Shown: positions 48,501 to 57,588 of the stretch, one piece after another
Layout: each line of letters opens with the position of its first letter
Numbering within the stretch: the stretch's first letter is position 1
From: Myxococcota bacterium
GTDB lineage: Bacteria > Myxococcota > JACRCW01
Direction: 5' to 3'
Assembly (NCBI GenBank): GCA_040752415.1
Contig: JBFMGU010000018.1
Span: forward strand, 1-64,000
DNA length: 64,000 nt
Program-made: the position numbers and the translations under genes
Notes under the pieces: model-generated
Told to the model about the DNA's origin: nothing
The model's input: the letters and a program-made list of their open reading frames with translations, nothing else
Database searches by the model: none

Positions 48501-51500
48501 CGCTGGCCACGGAGCAGCGTGATGCGGCACCGGGCGCGTTTGCCATGGCGCTGCAGCGCACCCACACCACGCCGCCGCGCGGGCCCGACCGGGTGCGCGT
48601 GGCCATCGTGGCCAGCACGCCCGTCGAGCTTTTCAAGCGTCACACGCTGCTGCAGTCCGCGGTGCGCAACGGGCATGACCTGGCGTTGCTGCGCCAGCAG
48701 GGCATCTGCGTGGGGATGCTGGACCCGTCCCTGAAGGTGACGGTGGCCTTCCCCGGCCAGGGTCCCCAGTACGTGAACATGCTGCGCGAGGCGGCGGCGC
48801 GTTTCCCCACGCTGCGCGAGGTGCTGCAGCGCGTGGACGTGGCCTACCAGCGGCTGGCGGGTCGCACGCTGACCAGCGCGTTCATCGTCGAGGACGCCAG
48901 CAATTGGCAGCAGCGTGACGAGGACATCCACTGCGCCGTGTTTGCCGTGAACTGCGCGCTGTACGAGCTGTTGCGCGCGCACGGGCTCAAGGCGGACAGC
49001 GTGCTGGGCCAGAGCGCCGGCGAGCTCTCCGCGCTGGTGGCGGCGGGCGTGCTCTCGCTGGAGGACGGACTGGGTGCGGTGCGGGAGCGCACCCTCAGCG
49101 TGCTTGCGCTGCAGACCGCTGACCCGGGGCAAATGGTGGCGCTGGCCTGCTCGGCGCAGACCGCGGCGCGACTGATGGAGGGACTGCCCGGCTACGCGGC
49201 GCTGGCGGCGGACAACGCGCCCAACGCGTGCATCGTCTCCGGCGCGCGCGCGGCCATGACGGCGTTGGTGGAGCGCTGTCAGCAGCAGGGCGTGGAGGCC
49301 ACCGTGCTGGCGGTGAGCCACGCGTACCACTCGCAGATGATTGCCGGCGCGCGGGACCGCTACCTGCGCCTGCTGCGCACGCTGACCTTCCGGGAGCCGC
49401 AGTGCGAGATCTTCTCGACGATCACCGGGGGCTCCCTGGCGGGCATGCGCGCGGCGGATTGGCCCGAGCACCTGGCCAGCCAGTTCGTGCTGCCGGTGGC
49501 GCTGCGTCAGGCGGTGGAGGCGGCGTACGCGTCGGGGACGCGCATGTTCGTGGAGTGTGGACCCAAGTGGCCGCTGACCACGTTCATTGGCGAGATCCTG
49601 GAGGGACGTCCCCACGCCGCGCTGGCCACCATCCATCCCAAGGTGGGGGAGGTGGAGCTGCTGCAGCGTGCGCTGGCGTTCCTGCACGTGCACGGCGTGG
49701 CCTCGCTGGCGCCTGCGGCCCCCACGGTGCTCACCGCTCCTCCCGCCCCGACGAGCTCCTTGCCGCCCATGCCCGCCACCGGCCCCACCATCAGCGTGCC
49801 CCCGCCCGGCGACGTGGTGGCGCTGTTGCGCTCCATGCGCACGCTGATTGACGGGTTCCTCCAGCCGCTGGAGTCCGCCGCGCCGGGACGTGCGCCCAGT
49901 GGCGTGGAGGCGGTGCAGGCCGTGCAGGCCATGCGCGAGGCGGTGCAGGTGTTGGAGCGCGTATCCACCCCGCCGCTTGGCGTCAGTCGGCCGCCCGCGC
50001 CGGCCTCGCAGCGACCCGCTCCGTCGAGCCCGCCCGCCGCGCCCGCCCCGGTGACGACGGGAACACCCGCTCCCGGACCCGACCACGCGGCCACGGTGCT
50101 GGCGCGCCTCAAGGCCAACGTCATCCGCAAGACGGGCTATCCCGCGGAGATGCTCGAGGACAATCTCGACCTCGAGGCGGACCTGGGCATCGACACCGTC
50201 AAGCAGGTGGCCATCCTGGGCGAGACGCGCGCCCAGCTGGGCGTGGCCGCGGATCCCAACTTCAAGCTGCGCGACCACAACACGCTGCGCAAGATGGCGC
50301 AGTATCTCGTCGGCAGACTGGGTGGTGCCGTCGCGGTTGCGCCCGCGCCCGCACCCGTGGCTCCGGCTCCCGTCGTGGCGCCGTCGCCGGCGCAGGGCGG
50401 GGAGCGTGAGGTGGTGCGCGCGCAGGTGTTGGCCCACGTCATGCGCAAGACGGGCTACCCGGCGGAGATGCTGGAGGAGAATCTCGACCTCGAGGCGGAC
50501 CTGGGCATCGACACCGTCAAGCAGGTGGCCATCCTGGGCGAGGTGCGCGTCCAGCTTGGCCTGCCGCAGGACCCCACCTTCAAGCTGCGCGACCACAACA
50601 CGCTGGCCAAGGTGGTGGACCACTTCACGCGTCGCCTGCAGGCGCAGTCGCGCCCCGTCCCGCCGCCAGCCATCACCACCCCCGCGCGGGGCACGCCCGC
50701 TCCCGCCGCCGCGCGCCAGGTGCGCCAGGAAGCGCTGGACCAGGTGCTGGGCACGTTGAAGGCCAACGTGATGCGCAAGACCGGCTACCCGCCGGAGATG
50801 CTGGAGCTGGACCTCGATCTCGAGGCGGACCTGGGCATCGACACCGTCAAGCAGGTGGCCATCCTCGGCGAGACGCGCGCCCAGCTCGGGCTTGCCACGG
50901 ACCCCAACTTCAAGCTGCGCGAGACCAACACGCTGCGCAAGATGGGCCAGTATCTCGTCGGGAGACTGGCGGGCGCGGCGCCGCGTGATCGCACACCCGC
51001 GCGCACCGAGATTCCGGTGGTCCCCGCTCCCGCGCCGGCTCCTTCCGCGCCCGTGGTGTCGTCGGAAGAGACCTGGAACCAGGTGCACCAGCTGGTCATC
51101 CAGCAGCTCATTCGCAAGACGGGCTACCCCGCGGAGATGCTCGAGCTGGACCTCGACCTCGAGGCGGACCTGGGCATCGACACCGTCAAGCAGGTGGCGA
51201 TCTTTGGCGAGGTGCGCGCGCAGCTGAAGCTGGCCCAGGATCCCAACTTCCGCCTGCGCGACCACACCACGCTGCGCAAGATCATCAGCCACTTCGCCTC
51301 GCGCCTGCAGCCCGCCACCCCCCCGCCCACAACGACGGCGCCCAGCGCACCTCCTCCCGTGGCAGCGACTCCGGCGGCACCCGAGTTCCAGCGCGTGGGC
51401 GAGCCCGTGCACGTGACCTCCCGCGCGCCAGGCACCGCGTTCATCTGCGGCGGCGCCGAGCTGCGGGTGGTCACCATGGCGCGCTGCGCGCAGATCATGA

Positions 51501-52282
51501 TGGACGCCGTGGTGAAGGGCTCCGGCGGCGTCCCCGTGGCGTTGCTGGGTTTGCGCTCCGGCGCGCCCGCGCTCGTCGAGGATACCGGGGCGTTGCTGCT
51601 GGAGGTGCAGGCGCGCGCGGAGAGCGGCCAGGTGGAGACGCGCCTGGTCTCCGCCTCCGGCGCGGTGCACTTCGTGGGTCGGGTGGAGCTGGCCGCGGAA
51701 CGTCCGCAGGCTGCGTTGAACCTGGCTTCTCCCGCCGTGCGCGTCGGCGTGGACCCGCGCAACCGCGCGCGCAATGGCGTGGCGCTGTTGCAGGCGGTGG
51801 GGCGGGTGGATCCGGGCTCTCGCACGCCGCCAGTGGTGGACTGGGCGCAGCAGCTCCGCTTTGACCTGCTGGCCGGTGGCATGACCGTGCCGGAGTCCGC
51901 GGGCAATCCCGCCGCGTGCATCGCCGCCGCGCTCGACGGTGCCGGAGCGATCGCCTCGTTCGGCTGGTACGCGCTCACCGGGGCGTTCCACGTGCCCTGC
52001 GCGCTGGAGAGCCTGCGCTTCCACGCCCTCCCAAGCCCGGGGGCGGAGCTGCGTTTCCACGTGCAACTGGCGCCGTTCGCCCAGGGAGCGTGGCACGCGC
52101 ATGCGCTGATTCTCGACGGAGAAGGCCGGGTGCTGGGGGAGCTGCAGGGCTTGACCGGTGTGCGCGTGGGACCCACTGCGGGGGCGGTGTGGCAGGGGTT
52201 GGACGTCGACGGAACGGCCGTGGCGTGGCAACGCTTCACGCAACAGCTTTCCGGACCCGTGATCGATGGTGAGGACCATTGA
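45575..52282 (+). CDS. Iterative type I PKS / PfaA-related subunit A: KS(Cys->Phe)-KS-AT-ACPx4(Thr)-degenerate DH
   Basis: KS1 DAGFASS/ECHATGT/GHL; KS2 DSACAST/ECHGTGT/GHL; AT FPGQG, GQSAG, HAYH; four LEADLGIDTVKQ; C-terminal hot-dog-like region lacking the HxxxGxxxxP motif. Confidence 0.92.
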   Translation: MGEPIAVVGLGCVLPDALNVRAFWDNTLRGHSAIRELRGGGWEWTRYHDPNPSAPDRAHCILGARVEDWVFDWRRFRMPPAEAESINPLQLMVLDAGTQALEGVKVIPRERAGLFLGGTGLGWQRDSGLRIRMQDLVDALEQSEAYGRLAPAQRQAVLEGAQRSLDARLKPVSEDNVVGASASVAAGRIAMHFDLKGLHYSVDAGFASSLAALECGVRALRDGTLDLSVVGGVSELLSPLELVAFSKMGGLAQQKVAPFDASAEGTLLGEGTVIFALKRLSDAERDGDLIHAVVLGVGGSSDGHGKALVAPRAEGQALAMRRAYDDGEVSPHTVGFVECHATGTQVGDASEVRALARIYAGGARSSVALGSAKPFVGHLRAAAGAVGMLRAVLALQHRTVPAQIAFKTPNPALELDSTPFYVPTANTALTSLGDAELPRAAVSAFGFGGNNFHAVLEAHAGARPRPARRKVSTDEPIAVVGMGGIFPGAEGVDAFWRMIMDGRDTTREVPKDRWDIDRHWSNDPTRLDRSYSRLGCFLEKLPSLEERWRIPPSAAESLDPSHLLVLRCAEEALSDARYTPGRWDKDRVAVMLAFLPYQGKKFLADIRVNFQEYAADLAHALKQAGVSDEQAHAVLAETEVRFKRALPGISEDTLTGYLGSVNAARVTKLHDFHGPHFVVDSACASTHAALHAAVSALRHRTADVVLSGGVWCDMMPEFFIAACRFNALSATGITPFCARADGFIPGEGAGIFVLKRLSDAERDGDKVHAVIRAVAGSSDGRGRSVLAPNPAGEAMAMTRALEAAGVDATSVDYVECHGTGTALGDVVEVDALTRAYGKGRPRPLLIGSVKSNIGHLNAAAGAPALIKTALAVRDGVIPPSLKVETPNPQIDFASGPVSVVTTARQWVMAPGQPRRAGISGFGVGGTNMHLVVEQYLPQGAQKPRAESAVVVTEAAGPQIAVVAGADLQGCVEALGALATEQRDAAPGAFAMALQRTHTTPPRGPDRVRVAIVASTPVELFKRHTLLQSAVRNGHDLALLRQQGICVGMLDPSLKVTVAFPGQGPQYVNMLREAAARFPTLREVLQRVDVAYQRLAGRTLTSAFIVEDASNWQQRDEDIHCAVFAVNCALYELLRAHGLKADSVLGQSAGELSALVAAGVLSLEDGLGAVRERTLSVLALQTADPGQMVALACSAQTAARLMEGLPGYAALAADNAPNACIVSGARAAMTALVERCQQQGVEATVLAVSHAYHSQMIAGARDRYLRLLRTLTFREPQCEIFSTITGGSLAGMRAADWPEHLASQFVLPVALRQAVEAAYASGTRMFVECGPKWPLTTFIGEILEGRPHAALATIHPKVGEVELLQRALAFLHVHGVASLAPAAPTVLTAPPAPTSSLPPMPATGPTISVPPPGDVVALLRSMRTLIDGFLQPLESAAPGRAPSGVEAVQAVQAMREAVQVLERVSTPPLGVSRPPAPASQRPAPSSPPAAPAPVTTGTPAPGPDHAATVLARLKANVIRKTGYPAEMLEDNLDLEADLGIDTVKQVAILGETRAQLGVAADPNFKLRDHNTLRKMAQYLVGRLGGAVAVAPAPAPVAPAPVVAPSPAQGGEREVVRAQVLAHVMRKTGYPAEMLEENLDLEADLGIDTVKQVAILGEVRVQLGLPQDPTFKLRDHNTLAKVVDHFTRRLQAQSRPVPPPAITTPARGTPAPAAARQVRQEALDQVLGTLKANVMRKTGYPPEMLELDLDLEADLGIDTVKQVAILGETRAQLGLATDPNFKLRETNTLRKMGQYLVGRLAGAAPRDRTPARTEIPVVPAPAPAPSAPVVSSEETWNQVHQLVIQQLIRKTGYPAEMLELDLDLEADLGIDTVKQVAIFGEVRAQLKLAQDPNFRLRDHTTLRKIISHFASRLQPATPPPTTTAPSAPPPVAATPAAPEFQRVGEPVHVTSRAPGTAFICGGAELRVVTMARCAQIMMDAVVKGSGGVPVALLGLRSGAPALVEDTGALLLEVQARAESGQVETRLVSASGAVHFVGRVELAAERPQAALNLASPAVRVGVDPRNRARNGVALLQAVGRVDPGSRTPPVVDWAQQLRFDLLAGGMTVPESAGNPAACIAAALDGAGAIASFGWYALTGAFHVPCALESLRFHALPSPGAELRFHVQLAPFAQGAWHAHALILDGEGRVLGELQGLTGVRVGPTAGAVWQGLDVDGTAVAWQRFTQQLSGPVIDGEDH
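50090..51310 (+). repeat. Four tandem ACP-coding repeats separated by Pro/Ala linkers
   Basis: CTCGAGGCGGACCTGGGCATCGACACCGTCAAGCAGGTGGC recurs four times at about 320-340 nt spacing. Confidence 0.92.
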
Positions 52283-55200
52283 TGAGCAAAGGCGGTGAGG
52301 CCCAACAACTCGCGGTGGTGGGCATGGCCTGCCGCCTTCCGGGCGCACCCAACCTGGAGGCGTTCTGGCGCCTGCTCGTCGAGGGCACGGTGGCGCTGGA
52401 GCCGCTGCAGCCCGACCGCTGGGATCCCGCCACCTACGCGGATGAGCTGCCCGACGGACGCGCGCAGAGCTTCCTGGGTGGCGTGTTGAAGGACTTCCGC
52501 GTCGACTTCGCCGCGCTGCACCTCCCGCCGCTGCAGACCGAGCGCCTGCACCGCATGGAGAAGGTGGCGGTGGCGACCATGACGGAGGCGCTGCGCGACG
52601 CCCAGGCACGCGGGGCCGCGTGGGAGGGGAAACGCGGGCAGATCTTCGTGGCGGCCAGCACGCTGGCTCCCGACACGCTCACCGATCACGGTCGCCGCAT
52701 CCGACGCTACGAGCTGGCCGCGCCCATCCGCGAAGCGTTGGACGCCGTGGTGCCGCAGCAGGCCAACGACGCCGACGAGATTGTCCAGCAGCTCTTCAAC
52801 GTGGCCGCGCCGCCGGTGGACCCGGACTCCCTGCAGAGCACCGCCAGCCTCATCGGCGGTCGCGTGGCGCACCTGTTCAACTTCGACGGTGGCCACCTCG
52901 CCGTCGACGGAGGCATGTCCTCCAGCCTGGCCGCGCTGCACCGTGCCGCGGTGGCGCTGCAGACGGGTGCGTGTGATCTCGCGCTGGTGTGCGGCCTGTC
53001 TCCGCTCCTCACCGCGTCGTCGGTGCTGGCGTTCGCGCACCACGGCCTGCTCACCACCGACCGGCCCCGTCCCTTCCAGCCCGACGCCAATGGCACCACG
53101 CTGGGAGAGGGCGCGGGCGCGCTGGTGTTGATGCGCCGTGACGAGGTGCCCGCGGAGCGGACCTACGCGGTTCTCGAGGGACTGGGCAGCGGACACGCCA
53201 GCAGCGCCAGCGCGCTCAAGGACATCACCGCGCAGGCGGCCACGGCGGCGTTGGCGCAGGCAGGCTGTGGTCCCGACGAGGTGGCGGTGGTGGAGTCCCG
53301 CGCGTGCGGCGTGGCCGGCGAGGATTCCGCGGAGTCCGAGGGGCTGGCCATTGCGTACGGCAGTGCCAGCCGCGCCGCGCCCCTGCTCGTCACCTCGACG
53401 GTAGGCCAGCTGGGCTTCCTGCAGGCCGCGGGCGGGACCGTGGCGCTGCTCAAGGCGTGCCTGGCCATTTCCCGTGGGAGCTGGCCGGCCTCTGCCGTGG
53501 CGGGCGCACCCCGTCGCGTGGGCGTCAGCGACGCGGGATTGGGGCCGTTGGCCTACCACGCCATCCTCGCGCATCCGTCGGTGGAGACGGTGGCGACGGA
53601 GAAGCGCGTGGTGCGTCGTCGTCCGGAGCCGGACGCGGTTGCGGTGGTGGGCGCGGGACTCCTGGTGCCGCAGGCCAATGACGTGGAGACGTTCTGGCGC
53701 AACGTGCTCAACAAGGTGGACGCCATCTCCGACCTGCCGGCGGACCGCTTCGACGTCGACCGGCTGGTGGGCGCCAGCCCGGACGCGGGCGCGGTGCTCA
53801 AAACGCGGCTCGCCGGTGTCGTCGACATTCCCGCGTACGACCCGCTGCGCTTTGGTCTCCCGCCCCACACCGCCGCGGCCATGGACCCCGCGGTGGCGCT
53901 CTCCCTGCTCAGCGCGGAGCAGGCGCTGGCCCAGGCGCAGTACGGACCGGGAAAGTGGGATCCCCGACGGGTGCAGGTGGTGATGGGGCAGCTGCCCATG
54001 CGCGCCAAGGAAATGCAGATGGAGGCGCGGCTGCTCTTTGCCGGGCACCTGGTGCTCTCCGCGGAGGCGCTGCGGGAGGCGGGCCTGGCCGATGGCGACG
54101 TGCAACGCGTCATCCAGCTGGCGCGCGAGCTCTACAACCGCCGCGTCCCGCCCATCTCCCCGGAAATGCTCGAGGCGCGCACCGGCCTCACCTGCGCCCA
54201 GCGCGTGGCCAATGCGTGGGGCTTCCACGGCGGCGCGCTTTCCGTCGACGCGGCCTGCGCCTCGTCGTTGGCGGCGGTGCGCATCGGGGTGGAGTCGCTG
54301 CGACTGGGCGAGGCCGACGTCGTGGTGGCGGGCGGTGTGGCCTACAACCTGCTGCCGGAATACTACATCAGCCTCAGCATGCTCGGCGTGCTCTCGCCGC
54401 GCGGGGCGCCCCCGTTTGACGTCGGTGCGGATGGGTTCGTGCCCGCGGAGGGCGGTGGCGCGGTGGTGCTGCGTCGCCTCAAGGATGCGCAGCAGGCCGG
54501 CGAGAAGGTGCTGGCGGTCATCCGTGGCGTGGGCAGCGCGGGCGACGGGCGCAGTCCCTCCATCTACGCACCCAGCGGCGAGGGCTACCGTCGCGCCATC
54601 CAGCGCGCGTTGCAGTCCGCGGGCGTCGGCGCGTCGGACATTGACTACGTGGAGGCACACGGCGGCGGAACGCGACGTGGCGACCAGGCGGAGACCGAGG
54701 CCTACGCCGCCATCTACGGCCAGCGCGACGCCGGGGCTCCCATGGTGGTGGGCACGGTGAAGTCGCAGATTGGCCACCAGAGCTCCGCGGCGGGAATCGT
54801 GGGGCTCATCAAGACGGCGCTGGCGCTCGAGCGTCGCGTCATCCCGCCCAGCAACTGCGACGCGCCTCCCCACGCCGAGCTGCCCTTCGGCCGCGTGCCG
54901 CTGGACCTGGCCGCCGAGCCGCGCCCCTGGACCACCTCCGGTCGACGTCGACGCGCCGGCGTGAGCGCATTTGGCCTGGGCGGCGTGAACTACCACGTCA
55001 TCCTCGAGGAGCCGGAGCGCAACCCGCGAGATGAGGTGACACCCGAGCAGCAACCGCCCGCGCACCTGCCCAGCCGTGGCGCCCGCGCGGACCGCTTCCT
55101 CGTCGAGCTGGTGCCGGTGGCACTGCCGGAGCGCCCGCCGCGGCTGAACCTGTTGGGCCGTCACGTCGTCGTGGTGGCGGACGCGGGAAAGCTCTGGCCC

Positions 55201-57588
55201 GCGTTCCAGGCGCGCCTGACCCAGCGCGGCGCCGTTGTCTCCATCCTGCCCGCCGGTACTCCCGACCTGGAGGCGGCCATCCGTGATGCGCGCGCCGCCC
55301 ACGGCGTGGTGCACGGCGTGTTGGACCTCAGCACCTTTGCTCCGCCGTCGGAGTCCCCGCCCACCTCGGACGCGCTGGCCCGGCAGGTGCTGGAGGTGCA
55401 GGCGCGCGCTTTCACCGTGTTGCGCGCGGTCTACCCGGACCTGGCCGACGCCGCGCCCCAGACCGCGTTCTACGGCGCGGTGACGTCGATGGGTGGCGAC
55501 CTGGGCCTCATGGTTCGCACTGGTGGCAACGTGCTGGGCGCCACGATGTTGGGGTGGGCCAAGGGCCTCAAGCAGGAGCTGCCCGGCGTGGTGGCCAAGG
55601 GCCTGGACTTTGACCCGCACCAACGTGCCGACGAGGTGGCGACCCAGGCGTTGCGCGAGATCGAGGATGCCAACCCGCGCATGGAGGTGGGCTTTGCCGG
55701 GCGCCGCTTTGGCGTGAACCTCCGACGGGCGAGCTTCCCCGAGGAGGCGCCCGCGGTCAGCGGCATCACGCGTGGCGACGTGTACGTGTTCTCCGGTGGC
55801 GGCCGCGGCGTGGTGTTCGAGTGCGCGTGCGCGCTGGCGCGCCAGGGGGCCATTGCCGTCGTCACCGGCCGCACCGCGCCGCCGCGCGGCGACGAGTCCT
55901 GGCTGCACCTCGACGAGGCCGCGTTTGCCGCGTACCGCACCGAGGAGATGGCGCGACGTCGCCGCGCGGATCCCACGCTCACCCCCGCGCGCTTTGCCCA
56001 GGAGTTCGACAACCTGGTGCGCCAACGCGAGCTGTTCCGCAACCTGCAGCGCGCCCGGGCCCAGGAGCTCCCGCTGCACTACGAGGTCTGCGACGTCACC
56101 GACCGCGCGCAGGTGGACGCGCTGGTGGCGCGCGTGGTGGCCAGCCACGGGCGCGTCGACGGGCTCATCCACGGCGCCATGGTGGAGTGGTCGCGCAGCC
56201 TGCCGTCCAAGTCGCCGCAGATCGTCGAGCGCACCATGGCCGCCAAGGTGGTGGGGCTCATCCAACTCGTCGAGGCGCTGCGGGAGGAGAAGCTCGGCAC
56301 CATCCTGTGCTTCGGGTCGGGCGCGGGGCGGTTCGGCAACCGCGGCCAGTCCGACTACTGCGCGGCCAATGCGCAGATGGCGGCGCTGCTACCCGTGCTG
56401 GCGGCGCGTCATCCCGCACGACCGCGCGCCATGACGGTGGATTGGACCGCGTGGCAGGAGGTGGGCGCCGCGGTGCAGAACCCCGACGTGGCGCGGCTGG
56501 TGGAAGCCACCGGCGTGACCGCCATCCGCCCGCAGGAGGGGACCTACTGGTTCCTGCGTGAGCTCACCGCGGCCGACGAGGGCGAGTCCGTCATCTTCGA
56601 GGAGCGCATGCTCCATGACTGGCCCACGCTGGGCAGCGGCGGCGAGGGCAGCGGGGAGGACGCCGTGCTCCTCGACGACCGCGGCATGCCATTGGTGCCC
56701 GGTGAGTGGCCGCTGGTCGACCGCGTGCTGCAGCGCGAGGAGGGCCGGGTCCGCTTTGCGCGTCGTCTCGAGGTGGACAAGGACGCGTTCCTGGATCAGC
56801 ACCGCCTGTACCGCGTGCCCATCGTCCCGGCCACGTTCGGCTGCGAGATCCTCGCCGAGGCCGCCGCGCTGTGCTCCCCGGGCTGGGATGTGGCCGAGGC
56901 GCACGACGTGGTCATTGACGTGCCCATGAAGCTGTTCCGCGAGCAGCCGCTGCTCATCCGCGCCTCCGCCACCGTGGTGGAGGAGAGTGGCGACGTGCGC
57001 GTGGTGCAGGCGGAGACGCATTCCCACCTGTTCCTCAAGGGGCGGCCGTTGGAGGAGCGCACGCATCACCGCGGTCGCTTCCTGCTGCGGAGACAGCGCC
57101 AGCCCGCGTCCAAGGTGGCCTTCCCAGACGTGCCCGGCGTGGTGCGCTCACGCTCGTTCTTCCACCTGGCCAAGGATCCCGTGACGCTGGGGCCGCTGTT
57201 CTGTCGCGCGGAGTGGATCCGCGTCACCGTGGATTCCGTGGTGGGAACCGTGCGTGCACCCCGCCAGCGCGACATCCTGGCCCGCACCGCCTATCCCGTG
57301 TTCCAGGTGGACCCGCTCCTGATGGACGCCGCGTTCCAGGTTGCCGCCAACTGGGACGGACACCACCACGGCAACGTCTCCATCCCCGTCGGCGTGGGCA
57401 AGCTGCTCTTCGGTCGCACGCGGGGGCGCGGAGAAGCGGCGCGTGTGCTGGCCACGGTGCGCCAGGTGGCCAATCCCGACGTGGTCTACGACATCATGGT
57501 GGCCGGCGAGAACGACGACCTCCTGATGCAGATTGGCGGCCTGCGCCTGCGTCGCGTCAGCCCCGCCGACGATCCCTCCGAGGCATGA
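52282..57588 (+). CDS. Type I PKS subunit B: degenerate KS-KS-KR-DH
   Basis: KS3 DGGMSSS/ESRACG/GFL; KS4 DAACASS/EAHGGGT/GHQ; KR SGGGRGV...GRFGNRGQSDYCAAN; DH FLDQHRLYRVPIVP and DPLLMDAAFQ; TGATG coupling. Confidence 0.92.
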   Translation: MSKGGEAQQLAVVGMACRLPGAPNLEAFWRLLVEGTVALEPLQPDRWDPATYADELPDGRAQSFLGGVLKDFRVDFAALHLPPLQTERLHRMEKVAVATMTEALRDAQARGAAWEGKRGQIFVAASTLAPDTLTDHGRRIRRYELAAPIREALDAVVPQQANDADEIVQQLFNVAAPPVDPDSLQSTASLIGGRVAHLFNFDGGHLAVDGGMSSSLAALHRAAVALQTGACDLALVCGLSPLLTASSVLAFAHHGLLTTDRPRPFQPDANGTTLGEGAGALVLMRRDEVPAERTYAVLEGLGSGHASSASALKDITAQAATAALAQAGCGPDEVAVVESRACGVAGEDSAESEGLAIAYGSASRAAPLLVTSTVGQLGFLQAAGGTVALLKACLAISRGSWPASAVAGAPRRVGVSDAGLGPLAYHAILAHPSVETVATEKRVVRRRPEPDAVAVVGAGLLVPQANDVETFWRNVLNKVDAISDLPADRFDVDRLVGASPDAGAVLKTRLAGVVDIPAYDPLRFGLPPHTAAAMDPAVALSLLSAEQALAQAQYGPGKWDPRRVQVVMGQLPMRAKEMQMEARLLFAGHLVLSAEALREAGLADGDVQRVIQLARELYNRRVPPISPEMLEARTGLTCAQRVANAWGFHGGALSVDAACASSLAAVRIGVESLRLGEADVVVAGGVAYNLLPEYYISLSMLGVLSPRGAPPFDVGADGFVPAEGGGAVVLRRLKDAQQAGEKVLAVIRGVGSAGDGRSPSIYAPSGEGYRRAIQRALQSAGVGASDIDYVEAHGGGTRRGDQAETEAYAAIYGQRDAGAPMVVGTVKSQIGHQSSAAGIVGLIKTALALERRVIPPSNCDAPPHAELPFGRVPLDLAAEPRPWTTSGRRRRAGVSAFGLGGVNYHVILEEPERNPRDEVTPEQQPPAHLPSRGARADRFLVELVPVALPERPPRLNLLGRHVVVVADAGKLWPAFQARLTQRGAVVSILPAGTPDLEAAIRDARAAHGVVHGVLDLSTFAPPSESPPTSDALARQVLEVQARAFTVLRAVYPDLADAAPQTAFYGAVTSMGGDLGLMVRTGGNVLGATMLGWAKGLKQELPGVVAKGLDFDPHQRADEVATQALREIEDANPRMEVGFAGRRFGVNLRRASFPEEAPAVSGITRGDVYVFSGGGRGVVFECACALARQGAIAVVTGRTAPPRGDESWLHLDEAAFAAYRTEEMARRRRADPTLTPARFAQEFDNLVRQRELFRNLQRARAQELPLHYEVCDVTDRAQVDALVARVVASHGRVDGLIHGAMVEWSRSLPSKSPQIVERTMAAKVVGLIQLVEALREEKLGTILCFGSGAGRFGNRGQSDYCAANAQMAALLPVLAARHPARPRAMTVDWTAWQEVGAAVQNPDVARLVEATGVTAIRPQEGTYWFLRELTAADEGESVIFEERMLHDWPTLGSGGEGSGEDAVLLDDRGMPLVPGEWPLVDRVLQREEGRVRFARRLEVDKDAFLDQHRLYRVPIVPATFGCEILAEAAALCSPGWDVAEAHDVVIDVPMKLFREQPLLIRASATVVEESGDVRVVQAETHSHLFLKGRPLEERTHHRGRFLLRRQRQPASKVAFPDVPGVVRSRSFFHLAKDPVTLGPLFCRAEWIRVTVDSVVGTVRAPRQRDILARTAYPVFQVDPLLMDAAFQVAANWDGHHHGNVSIPVGVGKLLFGRTRGRGEAARVLATVRQVANPDVVYDIMVAGENDDLLMQIGGLRLRRVSPADDPSEA

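Noticed and set aside
50090..51310. Regularly spaced DNA repeats of about 40 nt resembling a CRISPR array
   Set aside because: Spacing is over 300 nt, the repeats are in-frame ACP cores, and there are no cas genes.
47906..56265. Very long minus-strand ORFs (1567 aa and 1713 aa) opposite the PKS genes, and similar ones opposite the kinase, cytochrome and gabT genes
   Set aside because: Shadow ORFs expected from high-GC codon bias; no motifs, and they fully overlap well-supported plus-strand genes.
45575..57588. Naming the PKS genes pfaA/pfaBC (PUFA synthase)
   Set aside because: Domain order differs, and PfaD-type ER and FabA-like DH domains are absent; only the tandem ACP and KR-DH parts resemble PfaA.
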